Assembly: GCA_002269645.1 (NCBI GenBank)
Contig: NIVC01000479.1
Coordinates: forward strand, 260,795 to 324,794
Length of the DNA stretch: 64,000 nucleotides
Origin: Macrostomum lignano
Lineage: Eukaryota
Reading direction: 5' to 3'
The translations under genes were made by a program, and so were the position numbers. Under the pieces are notes generated by a model. That model saw only the letters and a program-made list of their open reading frames with translations, had not been told where the DNA came from and ran no database searches. Shown here piece after piece: positions 24,094 to 36,604 of the stretch; positions within the stretch are counted from its first letter, which is position 1, and every line of letters begins with the position of its first letter.

Positions 24094-27000
24094 ATGTCTA
24101 ATCCTATTTCATCTGAAAGGTCCTCTGTAGAAGACGATTCGCCGAATCAGCAGGAGCATTCAACAGTCCCTAAAACTCCAGAGAAGACTGAGGAAGACCC
24201 AGGCGAACAAGCTCCATTAAACGGGAAGCCTCGGAATCAGGAGCAGCAAGAGAAAATTAGACTGGCAACAAGCCAACAATGCAACTGTAAAAGTATATTC
24301 TATATGATTTGCGCACTGCTTGGGATTGCGCTTTTAGCTGCCATCCTCTACAAGCTCTGTCAAGAAACTGACAAGATTTCTACAACACCTGCGCCAAACT
24401 TTGTCAGCGCCGTGAGCCGAAGAAGTCCAGCAGCAGCAGCCATCACCACAGCTGCGACTGGATCGAATATTTCCTCTACTCGTAGCACAACTGTAAGACT
24501 CGTTATACTTTTTAACTACTTTAAGTAACAATAGCAATAGAAAAGCGTGTATAATGCGCATTTCAGCGGCCAACAATCTACTTCTCGATGGTCCTTGATC
24601 CTAAACGAATTGACGTTTGCTCGGACAATAAAGAAACCAACTGCAGGCATGGCAAAAGACCAACTTTTATACTGCCGGGCGCCAATGGCCGTGAGTAATG
24701 GTTTCTGTGAGTATGGCTCAAGCTTGGTAGCATAGGTTTTTTGTCTCCTTTTCGCCCTTTTTCTCAAAGGTCTACTCTAACTATCCATAACTAATCTTCG
24801 TTCCTGAAAAGTCCAAAAAAATCCCCGTGAAACGAAAAAATCGCACTTTGAAAATGATGAAAAATAACAAATATCAATAAAATAATCGCTTGCATATAAG
24901 TGATATAACAAAGGTTTTTAGCGTTTCTTGAGTCTATTTTTTAAGAAGAGATTTTGGGTTTTTTTTGTTATTTTTCAAACAATGTAGTTATAAATACTAT
25001 TTTAGCTTTGAAAGTTTGTACTTTATTTTACTTGCTTAAAAATGTGATTTTTCGACATCCTCCATTTTCATACGCTCGTATTTGGTATGTGCTGGTGGAA
25101 AAGTCATGGGATTTTTAACGATTTTTCTCTAGCAGTAATACATAAATTATAGCGGACTTTTGAACAACGTAGAGCGACCGAAAGTGCATTACCCTTAGTA
25201 TTTTTATTACACCTGCCCCAATGGGTAGATGCGCAACCGACAGCTCAGCCGCAGTTATTGCGCGGCGCATCTGAAGGCTGCGTACGGCTGTTCAGTCCAA
25301 GGACTGGGGGGTCGCCACACACCCTCAATTACCTCAGCTAATGCTGGCACCCATTTTACAGCTGGGTGAACTGAAGCAATGCAGAGTGAAGTGTCTTTTG
25401 CTTAACTTGCTCAATTGGGAAAAATTGTTCCGAGTGAGTCTTAAGTCTTGCTCTAACTACTAGGCTACAACCCTCACTCTGGACCCCGTTTTGAGTTTCA
25501 GCATACCAATCAACAAGACCAAACTGTTATTGTACTTTCAGATGCACAGAACCTGGGACCATTCACTTGCAAAGTAAACCATCAATGCGAGCAAGTGCAG
25601 ACAATCGGCAATGAGTTTGTTTTTAAACGCCCAGGAAGAGTCAAAATCAATGCCCAGGTGAGACGCTGTACCCCTAAGTATGTTCCAAGCATATTATTAC
25701 AACCAAAAATGACAACCAACAAATATAAATATAAACCTTTGAATGAAAATTCGTTATAGAATAAACAGAACCTGTATTAGGCCACTGCTAGCTACAGATG
25801 TCACTCGCAAAGATGCGTTCATCAACTCTTTTTTAGTAGCTAAAGTTGCATTTCTGTCTTTCTGCAAGCGAAATAAAATAATTTACATTTTACGTTTTTG
25901 AAGCTTCAAAAAAACAATAAGAAATTTGAGGTAGAAAATTTCATGAAAACTTGATAACGGCCTAAACCATTGCGTCTGCATAGCGAGCAAGAGAGAAAAG
26001 GGGTGGTGCCCCCAGCCCCCAGCCAGGCCGATAAATAGTTTGGCTTTCCTCTTGCCCGCTTGTGTCTGACTGTGACGACTCTCCTTACTGCTCTCTCATT
26101 GGTTGAGCTAGATTGGGCCTGCCCCCTAGGCTGGGTTTCGTCCGGTCTGACTTTGGACCCTCTCTCTCTCTTTACTGCTCTCTCATTGGCTGAGCTAGAT
26201 TGGGCCTGCCCCCCTAGGCTGGGTTTCGTCTGGTCTGACTTTGACCCTAGCTCTCTCTCCTTACTACTCTCTCATTGGCTGAGCTAGATTGGGCCTGCCC
26301 CCTATGCTGGGTTTCGTCCGGTCTGACTTTGTCCCTCTCTCCTTACTGCTCTCTTATTGGTTGAGCTACATGTAGATTGGGCCTGCTCCCCCCCTAGGCT
26401 GAGTTCTGTCTGTCGTACGTTCACTTGTGTACATCGAGTTCAATTCTTGTTGGTCCATCTTTAACCCCATATGCTCCCTGAGGCCGCAAACCCCGAGGAA
26501 GGAAAATAAATTTTAACTGCCATTTTAGATTTAAGTGACACTGCGCAGACTAACTACTGAAAAAAGAGTAGACGCTCAACTTTCTTCCAACTTAAATCGC
26601 AAGTGACACACCCTGTGTTATTCGAGTACCTGTGCTCACTGCAAAACAATTACACCCGAAAGCAGAAAGAAACAAAATACTGATTTACCGATGAAAACCC
26701 GCCAAGACTAGACTCAATCAATGAAAGATGTCTATCAACTCACCAGTGATAAACTGACCAATTATTCCATGTAAGTAGTATAGCGCGCCAGGATTGCTAA
26801 CAAACAACTCATTTCTTGTATTTACTCCCTTCGAGACACATACTTACTCATTTTGAGCTCTGCAGTACGACTTTAACGAAGGGAGTACGAGAAATGAGAG
26901 GGGCTTCGACAAAGAAGTTCTAGCGCTTGTTGTATATACGACTCCATGGACAACCAAAGTAGAATTCTTAATTCTTAGTCTACACTCGAAAATCATGCAA

Positions 27001-27337
27001 ATTACGATAGGAAGTTTTTGAATGGTAACCCTCCGACCCTCATTTAAACTCATTAATTGCCACCCCACGAACTATACAGGTGTCATTGGAAAGCGCCAAC
27101 ACAGGTCAGCAAGTCACCCTGGACTTGAGGCTCAATAGAAGCAGAATTGAGAAAAGAGTGTTCGATAAACTTCACCCAGGCAGCAAAGTTACTCTGCCGA
27201 TTCACTCTGAGCGTATAAAATTGTCAGCAAACAGCACCATCGCTCTGAGATTGACTCTTGAATCTGGATTACCCGTGGAACTGCTCTACGCAATTGCTGA
27301 CACAGACGTCAGCTTCGAACTGTTACTGGACAACTGA
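24094..27337 (+). CDS. Divergent TNF/C1q-fold type II membrane protein 2, paralog of the gene at 13138, about 298 aa
   Basis: Exons 24094-24492, 24567-24690, 25542-25657, 27080-27337 (phases 0,1,0, same as ligand 1). TM segment IFYMICALLGIALLAAILY; Thr/Ser/Ala-rich stalk; GNEFVFKRPGRVKINAQ|VSL has the same AQ|VS intron position. The start codon is the first in-frame ATG; an upstream exon cannot be excluded. Confidence 0.7.
25343..25405 (+). mobile_element. Nin/Deu-domain SINE-like core in intron 2 of TNF-like gene 2
   Basis: GCTGGCACCCATTTTACAGCTGGGTGAACTG...GTGAAGTGTCTT resembles the conserved central domain of Nin/Deu SINEs, recognised from memory. Confidence 0.45.
26085..26400. repeat. 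About 85-bp tandem repeat, 3-4 copies, intronic
   Basis: Recurring GAGCTAGATTGGGCCTGCCCC...GGGTTTCGTC. Confidence 0.8.
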
Positions 27338-27409
27338 ACAATGTTGGCAATACCATTAATACTCGTGATTGATAACGGCTGTTTTTCAATGCGATCTGCA
27401 AGATAAGGG

Positions 27410-27745
27410 CTGATTCTTTAATGGGGCAGACGGGTATATAATTCCCAAGCGATTATGGGGTGACGGGCGATTCTTTAATGGGAGTGAAGGACGATTCTTT
27501 AATTGAGTGAAGGGCGATTCTTTAATTGAGTGAAGGGCGATCCTTTAATTGAGTGAAGGGCGATTCTTTAATTGAGTGAAGGGCGATTCTTTAATTGAGT
27601 GAAGGGCGATTCTTTAATTGAGTGAAGGGCGATCCTTTAATTGAGTGAAGGGCGATTCTTTAATTGAGTGAAGGGCGATTCTTTAATTGAGTGAAGGGCG
27701 ATTCTTAATTTGAGTGAAAGGCGATTCTTTAATTGGGGTAAAGAG
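27410..27745. repeat. 23-bp minisatellite (GGGCGATTCTTTAATTGAGTGAA)
   Basis: Tandem copies. Confidence 0.9.
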
Positions 27746-28164
27746 CGATTCAAAAGCTTCAAAAGCGCGCAATGACGACATTACGAGACATTTTTTAAAT
27801 TTAAGTACCAAAGCAATTAACATCCCGCACCCACAAAGACGTTACAATAAAGTAATACATAAGCAAATCATGAATGAATTTTTTATTGACCATCAATCAA
27901 TATATTGCAGTTTAAATTGAAAAATATTCTTTTAAACATTTTTTCACTTTTTATTTATTTCCTTCACTTTCACCACTGAAAGTAGCATACACTGACTATT
28001 GAAAAATTAAATTGACTGATCAGGGTAAAAAAGTAACTATAAATATTTGAATTGAGTTTTGAACAAGCGGCCATAAGAAACAAATTACAAGCTAAAAATA
28101 GGCAATTGATGTGACCTAACTATAAAATCAGCATGCACAATTAAAAATTCAACGACAACGAAAG

Positions 28165-29170
28165 TTTGGCTGGCATAGCAACTGAGGATCTGGGAGGCTG
28201 ACATAGCAACTGAGGATCTGGGAGGCTGGCATAGCAACTGAGGATCTGGGAGGCTGGCATAGCAACTGAGGATCTGGGAGGCTGGCATAGCAACTGAGGA
28301 TCTGGGAGGCTGGCCCAGAAACTGAGGATCTGGGAGGCTGGCCCAGCAACTGAGGATCTGGGAGGCTGGCATAGCAACTGAGGATCTGGGAGGCTGGCAT
28401 AGCAACTGAGGATCTGGGAGGCTGGCATAGCAACTGAGGATCTGGGAGGCTGGCCCAGAAACTGAGGATCTGGGAGGCTGGCCCAGCAACTGAGGATCTG
28501 GGAGGCTGGCCCAGAAACTGAGGATCTGGGAGGCTGGCCCAGAAACTGAGGATCTGGGAGGCTGGCCCAGAAACTGAGGATCTGGGAGGCTGGTCCAGCA
28601 ACTGAGGATCTGGGAAGCTGGAAAAGCAACTGAGGATCTGGGAGGCTGGTCCAGCAACTGAGGATCTGGGAAGCTGGAAAAGCAACTGAGGATCTGGGAG
28701 GCTGGCCCAGCAACTGAGGATCTGGGAAGCTGGAAAAGCAACTGAGGATCTGGGAGGCTGGTCCAGCAACTGAGGATCTGGGAAGCTGGAAAAGCAACTG
28801 AGGATCTGGGAGGCTGGCCCAGCAACTGAGGATCTGGGAAGCTGGTCCAGAAACTGAGGATCTGGGAAGCTGGAAAAGCAACTGAGGATCTGGGAGGCTG
28901 GCCCAGCAACTGAGGATCTGGGACTCTGGCCCAGCAACTGAGGGTCTGGGAAGCTGGTCCAGCAACTGAGGATCTGGGAAGCTGGAAAAGCAACTGAGGA
29001 TCTGGGAGGCTGGCCCAGCAACTGAGGATCTGGGACTCTGGCCCAGCAACTGAGGGTCTGGGAAGCTGGTCCAGCAACTGAGGATCTGGGACTGGGAGGC
29101 TGGCAAAGCAACTGAGGATCTGGGACTGGGAGGCTGGCAAAGCAACTGAGGGTCTGGAAGGCTGGCCCAG
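28165..29170. repeat. 28-bp minisatellite (GCAACTGAGGATCTGGGAGGCTGGCATA and variants)
   Basis: Tandem copies; source of the spurious 320-351 aa ORFs. Confidence 0.95.
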
Positions 29171-29348
29171 TGATCGGGGAGAACGCCAGTTTCCCTATCT
29201 TAGGATAAATAATTAACAGTAATAGAAAACATTAGTTTGTTTTTTATTGATATTACAGAATGGCAAAACGACTGTGAAGAATCAAATGAATGGAGAGTTT
29301 AGTTTCTCATTGCCAAGACATCCGTGAGCGATGGTCAAGGTCAGGTCG

Positions 29349-30119
29349 TCAGTCATCCGCCGCTGACGGTTTCGGCAGGGTGCTGTGGTGCCGATGCGAC
29401 TTCAGGCCGCTTAGAGATGTCGATAAAGCTTCCTCATTGTCATCGACATCGTCGGCTGCTGCTCCGGCGGTGGCGGCGGCGCCGGTTGAAGCTCCGGCGC
29501 TCTCAGAGACTGCCCGACTTGGCTGGCGACTGTGCCGAATCTGCTGGTGGGGCTGCTGTTGCCTGCCAGCTGCTGCAGAGAACTTGCCAGCAGAAGCATC
29601 CGGTGCAGTGCTGATGCTGGTACGCCGTGACAGCAGCAGAGAATGCAAGCCCAGCGCCAGGAATATGAACAACAGTACACCATCCACGGCGTACACTACA
29701 GCAATCTGTGTCAGATAAGACGGCATGTTGTACACCTGCAGAGTAGTGCTAGCGTTGTACCGCCGATCAGGCACTGAGCAGACATAATCTCCTGAGTCCT
29801 CAACAGCCAGGTGAATAGCCGACATGGTGCCATTCACTGCACTGATATTAGCATGGGACCAGGCCCAATTATCAATCTGGCTGCCATTGGGAAAGTACCA
29901 GGCCAGCTCAGCAACGGAGTAATTAGTGGCCAGTTCCGGTGACAGATGACAGCTAACTGTGGTGTTGCTACCCACTAATAGGGACTGCTGGTACGGTTCG
30001 GCAGCCAGAGGCGGAGTCTCTTCATCTGGCTCGCTGGCAACTGTCTGCTGAGGCGTTGAAAATAGCAGCAACAGGAAAAGCAGGAACACTGAATTGCTTT
30101 GGAGCATCGTTGTGGACAT
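29349..30119 (-). CDS. Single-Ig-domain type I membrane protein 1 (256 aa), intronless CDS
   Basis: Signal peptide VFLLFLLLLFSTP; Ig motifs VSCHL, LAWYFPNG, EDSGDYVC; TM segment IAVVYAVDGVLLFIFLALGL; low-complexity cytoplasmic tail. Confidence 0.85.
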   Translation of the reverse strand: MSTTMLQSNSVFLLFLLLLFSTPQQTVASEPDEETPPLAAEPYQQSLLVGSNTTVSCHLSPELATNYSVAELAWYFPNGSQIDNWAWSHANISAVNGTMSAIHLAVEDSGDYVCSVPDRRYNASTTLQVYNMPSYLTQIAVVYAVDGVLLFIFLALGLHSLLLSRRTSISTAPDASAGKFSAAAGRQQQPHQQIRHSRQPSRAVSESAGASTGAAATAGAAADDVDDNEEALSTSLSGLKSHRHHSTLPKPSAADD

Positions 30120-30155
30120 GAATGAAAAAAGTTAAAGGTACTTTCAAAATGTCTA

Positions 30156-30890
30156 ATGACACAATCTACCATTGTCTAAATCTAATAGCATGATACACAA
30201 TCTATCATTGTGCAAACCCAATAGCACGATACACAATCTATCATTGTGCAAACCAAATAGCATGATACACAATCTATCATTGTGCAAACCCAATAGCATG
30301 ATACAAAATCTACCATTGTGCAAACCAAATAGCATGATACACAATCTACCATTGTGCAAACCAAATAGCATGATACACAATCTACCATTGTGCAAACCAA
30401 ATAGCATGATACACAATCTACCATTGTGCAAACCAAATAGCATGATACACAATCTACCATTGTGCAAACCAAATAGCATGATACACAATCTACCATTGTG
30501 CAAACCAAATAGCATGATACACAATCTACCATTGTGCAAACCAAATAGCATGATACACAATCTACCATTGTGCAAACCAAATAGCATGATACACAATCTA
30601 CCATTGTGCAAACCCAATAGCATGATACACAATCTACCATTGTCTAAATTCAATAGCATGATACACAATCTACCATTGTGCAAACCAAATAGCATGATAC
30701 ACAATCTACCATTGTGCAAACCCAATAGCATGATACACAATCTACCATTGTGCAAACCCAATAGCATGATACACAATCTACCATTGTGCAAACCCAATAG
30801 CATGATACACAATCTACCATTGTCTAAATTCAATAGCATGATTCACAATCTACCATTGTGCAAACCAAATAGCATGATACACAATCTACC
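30156..30890. repeat. 33-bp minisatellite (ATGATACACAATCTACCATTGTGCAAACCAAAT-type)
   Basis: About 22 tandem copies. Confidence 0.95.
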
Positions 30891-31639
30891 AGTGCCAGAC
30901 ATAAACAGTAGCAAGTAACATAAACTAAAAGCAAGTCTTCAGCTTTTTTTTTTCTTCCACTAACGATTAAATTGCCTACTTTTAGGCCCAATTATAATAT
31001 TAGCATGCTTACATTTTTACCCACTCGAACAGGAATTTAAGTAAAACTAGGCTCTGTTAATCTATCAATTTTACGCTTAGCGAGGGTTGGCGAGAGTGTC
31101 CTCAATTAATGATAAGCGCCTGCCTCGGCTATTATAGGAATTTTAAGCTGAACAGATGCGACTGAAAGACAGTCCTTTTTGGAGGAGATGAATGAAACAA
31201 TCTAAACGCTTTTTATTTTTTTACAGAGTAGAACCCTTCTTGCCTTTCACTTTCTCTCTCTCGTCTAAACGCTTTGATATTGAAGGCTGCACAAAAATAT
31301 ATCTGGGGATAGTTGGTAATTTCCTATTCAAATAAATACATCTACAAAGTACAAACTTAAACATGAAACTATATTCCTGGGGACACGCAGAAATTTTATA
31401 CGATGAGAAGTTTCTGTAGGCTGCTGAACAACAAGCCTGTCATCATTAAATATAAAATATTAATTTTGTGCTAGCTATTAGATTTCATAGACGAAAGGGT
31501 ATACTGAAGAGGTTTGAGGAGATATTGAAGACATGAGGTTATAGAGTGTGAGAAAAGGTCATTAGAGTGTGAGGATAGATAAAGGCCTGTGAGAGATCAG
31601 GAGAGAAAATATCAGTGTCGTCCCAGCTTAGTGGGTGTG

Positions 31640-32420
31640 AGGAGAGATCAGATGAGTGTGATGAGAGATCAGGGAGAGTGAGGAGAGATCAGGGAGAGTG
31701 GGGAGAGATCAGGGAGGGTGGGGAGAGATCAGGGAGGGTAGGGAGAGATCAGGGAGGGTGGGGAGAGATCAGGGGAGTGTGAGGAGGGATCAGGGAGGGT
31801 GGGGAGAGATCAGGGAGGGTGGGGAGAGATCAGGGAGGGTGGGGAGAGATCAGGGAGGGTGGGGAGAGATCAGGGGAGTGTGAGGAGGGATCAGGGAGGG
31901 TGGGGAGAGATCAGGGAGGGTGGGGAGGGATCAGGGAGGGTGGGGAGAGATCAGGGAGGGTGGGGAGAGATCAGGGAGGGTGAGGAGAGATCAGGGAGGG
32001 TGAGGAGAGATCAGGGAGTGTGAGGAGAGATCAGGGAGTGTGAGAAGAGATCAGGGAGTATGAGGAGAGATCAGGGAGAGTGAGGAGAGATCAGAGAGTA
32101 TGAGGAGAGATCAGGGAGGGTGGGGAGAGATCAGGGAGAGTGAGGAGAGATCAGGGAGAGTGAGGAGAGATCAAGGAGTGTGAGGAGAGATCAGGGAGTG
32201 TGAGGAGAGATCAGGGAGGTTGAGGAGAGATCAGGGAGGGTGGGGAGAGATTAGGGAGGGTGGGGAGAGATCAGGTAGTATGAGGAGAGATCAGGTAGTA
32301 TGAGGAGAGATCAGGGAGAGTGAGGAGAGATCAGGGAGAGTGAGGAGAGATCAGGGAGTGTGAGGAGAGATCAGGGAGTGTGAGGAGAGATCAATGAGGG
32401 TGAGGAGAGATCAGGGTGAG
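31640..32420. repeat. Purine-rich 20-bp minisatellite (GGGAGAGATCAGGGAGGGTG and variants)
   Basis: Tandem copies. Confidence 0.9.
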
Positions 32421-32907
32421 ATAGATAGGTGTGTGAAAGCCCAGCTGAGATACGCTTTAATCAGAGTTATTAGGGTGGCAAATGAAGCAAATAAAGTGAG
32501 TGCCTGTAAAGTAAGTTGTCGTCATGAGAGCTCTTACGACAAAAATTTCCACATCCTTTATACGCTCGTAATCGCATTAATTCTACTTTTTTATCCAAAA
32601 AGAAATCGCTAAATTGGGGTCCACTTAGCTCGAATATCTTCAAACATGATGCTTTCATCTCAGAAAATGAACCACTTTTAGGACAGAATTATTATCTAAT
32701 AGATTAGTATTAGACGGGCCGATTTAGAAAAATCTTCAAACATAATACTTTCACTTGCTACTTAATTAATCTATTAATGAACCACTTTCAGGACAGAATT
32801 TTCATTGTCGTATGATAAAAACTCACTTAGACTCCAAAGTAAGTCATGCCCAAAATCCGTTAGTGTCTATATGGCATGCGAGGAGTTAGGAAAAGCGCAG
32901 TCGAAGC

Positions 32908-33549
32908 ATGAAGCCCGACAAGACGCATTCTCAATTTTACAAGGCTACTCGCCTAAAACTCGGTGACTCAGCCACCAAAGTCCACCAAGATCTGGTAGCT
33001 GCTTGGGGCGATGCTGTTCCATCCTTGAGAACCATACAGCGCTGGATGAAAGACGTCAATGACGGGACGCGGGAAGTGCTCGGCGATGGTGACCGACCTG
33101 GCCGGTCAAGGAGCTAAAGGACAGATGAGCTGGCGATGAAGGTGAAGGAGATGGTCTGCGAGGATCCCCACCTCTCGTCTCGTGATCTAGTTGACCTCTG
33201 GCGAACCGGAAACCTGTAACGTACTCTGAGCAAGATCAGCTCGCAAAAACGGACAATGCTCGACCGCATGTTGCAGGACTCTTTAGGGATTTCCCCTGCA
33301 AGAGCGCTCTGTCACCGCGATTTGGAAGAGCCCTACAGTTCCGATCTGAACCTGTGTGACCGATTTCTGTTCCTCTAGCTAAAGAACGCACTCCGCGGCA
33401 TGACCTTCAACAACTGTCAAGAGGTTGAAGAGGCCTCATTGCAGGTGTTGCGGAACACCTCTGAAAGTGCCCTCCGAGACCAGGTGGATCTGCCCCTGGA
33501 CCACTACCAGCGCGTGATTGCAGTCAATGGACACTACGTTACTGATTAG
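32908..33549 (+). mobile_element. Degenerate mariner transposase remnant with internal deletion
   Basis: HTH region PSLRTIQRW...DRPGRSR, then DNARPH and YSSDLNLCD motifs and a C-terminal NGHYV; stops and frameshifts. Confidence 0.8.
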
Positions 33550-35604
33550 AGTTAAAATGTTTCACGTTTTTACCTGTTTGCTTGCCTAGAGGTACTAACG
33601 ACAAGACTTTTGTTCCACCTGGAGTACGTATTGAAAATGATTTCGAAGTGGCGAATAAAAGTATAGTGATGGGAAGTTTTAAAGGCAAGATAAGATTATT
33701 CTGTTATTTTTTGGGAATGATACTAATAGATTTACTGGGATTATGGCGACAGTTGAAAAATCCTGTCCAAAAAGTCCCTCTCATGACCACTACTCCAGTA
33801 TCTCTAGTAATTTGTCAATAAAATTGAAGAAGAAATGAAGTCAGCAGTTCATCCTCAAAGGTACCTACAGACTAATACAAAGAGTAAACGCTTGATTAAA
33901 GACTGTTGTCGTTCGCTTTCTCCTAGACCTTGTCGGAGCTTTGGATGCCAAGGTTTCAAATTCCTTTCAACCCGCGTTGATTACACAAAACTGCATTTGA
34001 GAAGACAACTAACCAAATTTGAACAGGCGTGTCTTTTAGCGCGCAGCAGTGTTGTCCAAAAATAGATTTCCAAGAAACCCGGACAGGCGTCATAGAAAGA
34101 AAGGCAAAGACAAAAGCAAAAGCGAAAAATGTCGTGAAAGCGACGCGAGCTACAATCAACGATCGAGTTCGAACTAGAACACAGAGACGTCAATGGATTT
34201 CCCAGATACCCACGCCTTTCATTTTTTTCTACAAAAGAAAGAGGCGTTCCAGGGCTGGCTTGAATTGCTAGGCGCGGCGAGTCGATAATTTCTTTTCAAA
34301 CTACCCGCATTTCAGTTGCCAGCCACGCCTACGCGCTGTTTTTGCTAGGGCGACATGGACAGATAAGGCAAAGGCATCTCAAAGCTCGCCTGCAGTAGCA
34401 GCTGTAATCAGGAAATGGGAGACTCCCCCAGGTAACGCAGGCCTTGCAACGCAGCGCAGGAAGGAAACGACAAGACAAGGAGCTAGCTTGGCTGGGCCAG
34501 TGCAGGGGGACGGACTGGCGACACAAAATCCGCCCCTCCCTTCCTCAGGATGTGCTGAGCAGCAGCATCATTATCATAGCTATCTGCTTCTTTTATTCCC
34601 AGCTGCAGAAGCCAACTGAGCAGAGGGCAAACCATCAATCAGCAGAGCCCACCGCCATGCCTAATATATCCACGAACTGAAATGAGGAAACTTATTTTTT
34701 CGAATTATCTTTCTCTTTCTTTTCTGACTAACTACATTACATATCTATATAGATAGCGTCACGTTCAACTTGGGCCTTCATCTATCATCGCGTACCTAAT
34801 GCCTATTATCCTGTGTCACGCGTCACCAAGTTGGAGAAAGAAAGCAAAAAAGTAGACAAACGTGGCATTGCCGAAGTCAGCCAAGCACAAAATAATGCTC
34901 ATTTAATATGCTTTGTTAATAAAAAAACATAACACACCAAACGCGTCGAGCTGGCCTAGAAAAAAACTGAAAAAATTGTTTGCAAAAGCAGCAAAAAACG
35001 CTGGCTATCACTAAAGAAAAACGGAAAATGGAATCATAGTTAACAGCATATATAGGAAAACGAGACGTGGGCGAAAAACAGTCTGAGTTTTCCTCAAATC
35101 CCAGCTGACTCAAGGCTGGCAGCAAATATCAGTAGCAAGAAGATAAAACCGGATTACCCGCTTCCGAAACGTCACTTTTTCTTATAGGTCTGATCCAGAC
35201 TGACTGACTGACTTTGGGTGATCGATTACTGAATTTTTTCAACCTATATGCGCATATGAAACAGCGATAGTCCAGGATGGGATTTCAGATCGAACTTTTT
35301 ATCTACTTGTAGGCTAAATTCGAAAAAAAGTAAAACTCGTGTGTCCATCACCAAAATAATTAATAAAGTAGCGCTTAAATAAGGCACAGAGCAATAAGCT
35401 GATACGCAACAATTCACCTAAGAAAGTGCAGCACCAATTTTTTTATAAAATCTATTAATATATAGCAAATTTTACACCAACACGTGACCAGAAATCAAAG
35501 GAGCATTCTGAACTTAGACGTGGTTTGAAAGCGGTGACCTCAAGGAACTGAGCAAAACCAATGCTAGAATCTATCTATGATCCTAAAAACTTACAAGTTA
35601 AACT

Positions 35605-36350
35605 GGCTCAAGGAACTGGTTCTGTTCTTTGAGTCATGGCTTCCATAACTGGTTCTGTTCTTTGGGTCATGGCTTCCAAAACTGGTTCTGTTCTTTGGGT
35701 CATGGCTTCCATAACTGGTTCTGTTCTTTGAGTCATGGCTTCCAAAACTGGTTCTGTTCCTTGGGTCATGGCTTCCAAAACTGGTTCTGTTCTTTGGGTC
35801 ATGGCTTCCAAAACTGGTTCTGTTCTTTAAGTCATGGCTTCCATAACTGGTTCTGTTTTTTGGGTCATGGCTTCCAAAACTGGTTCTGTTCCTTGGGTCA
35901 TGGCTTCCAAAACTGGTTCTGTTCTTTGGGTCATGGCTTCCATAACTGGTTCTGTTCTTTGAGTCATCATGCCTTCCAAAACCGGTTCTGTTCTTTAGGT
36001 CATGGCTTCCAAAACTGGTTCTGTTCTTTAATTCATGGCTTCCATAACTGGTTCTGTTTTTTGGGTCATGGCTTCCAAAACTGGTTCTGTTCTTTGAGTC
36101 ATGGCTTCCAAAACTGGTTCTGTTCTTTGAGTCATCATGCCTTCCAAAACTGGTTCTGTTCCTTGAGTCATCATGCCTTCCAAACCGGTTCTGTTCTTTG
36201 AGTCATCATATGCCTTCCAAAACTGGTTCTGTTCCTTGAGTCATCATGGCTTCCAAAACTGGTTTTGTTCTTTGAGTCATGGCTTCCAAAACTGGTTCTG
36301 TTCTTTGAGTCATGGCTTCCAAAACTGGTTCTGTTCTTTGAGTCATGGCT
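35605..36350. repeat. 33-bp minisatellite (GGCTTCCAAAACTGGTTCTGTTCTTTGAGTCAT)
   Basis: Tandem copies. Confidence 0.95.
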
Positions 36351-36604
36351 TTCAAAACGCGTCAAGATTCACGAACTCTCGCAGAAAAGCACTAGCCTTA
36401 ATAAGACCAAAACAGCACATTGAAGCGACCCCGTATTTTTATGCAGAAAAATTGGATTAGAATCAAGTAAAAAGCTAATGAAAGCTGAACCAACCAACCA
36501 GAGACAGAGTTTTATTTAACAGCAGAACTGAATCATGGTAAGAAATTAACTATTGGTTGCACTAGAAAAAAAGCAAAAGAAATTCCAATAGAAAAAACTT
36601 GCAA

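Noticed and set aside
28085-29145. Three overlapping 320-351 aa ORFs
   Set aside because: Artefacts of the 28-bp array.
30153-30918. Cys-containing repeat ORFs (also 3562-4242 and 35608-36460)
   Set aside because: Array translations; no splice or domain support.
33835-34271. Basic, Lys/Arg-rich short ORFs
   Set aside because: Interrupted by stops, with no recognisable domain or convincing splice sites.
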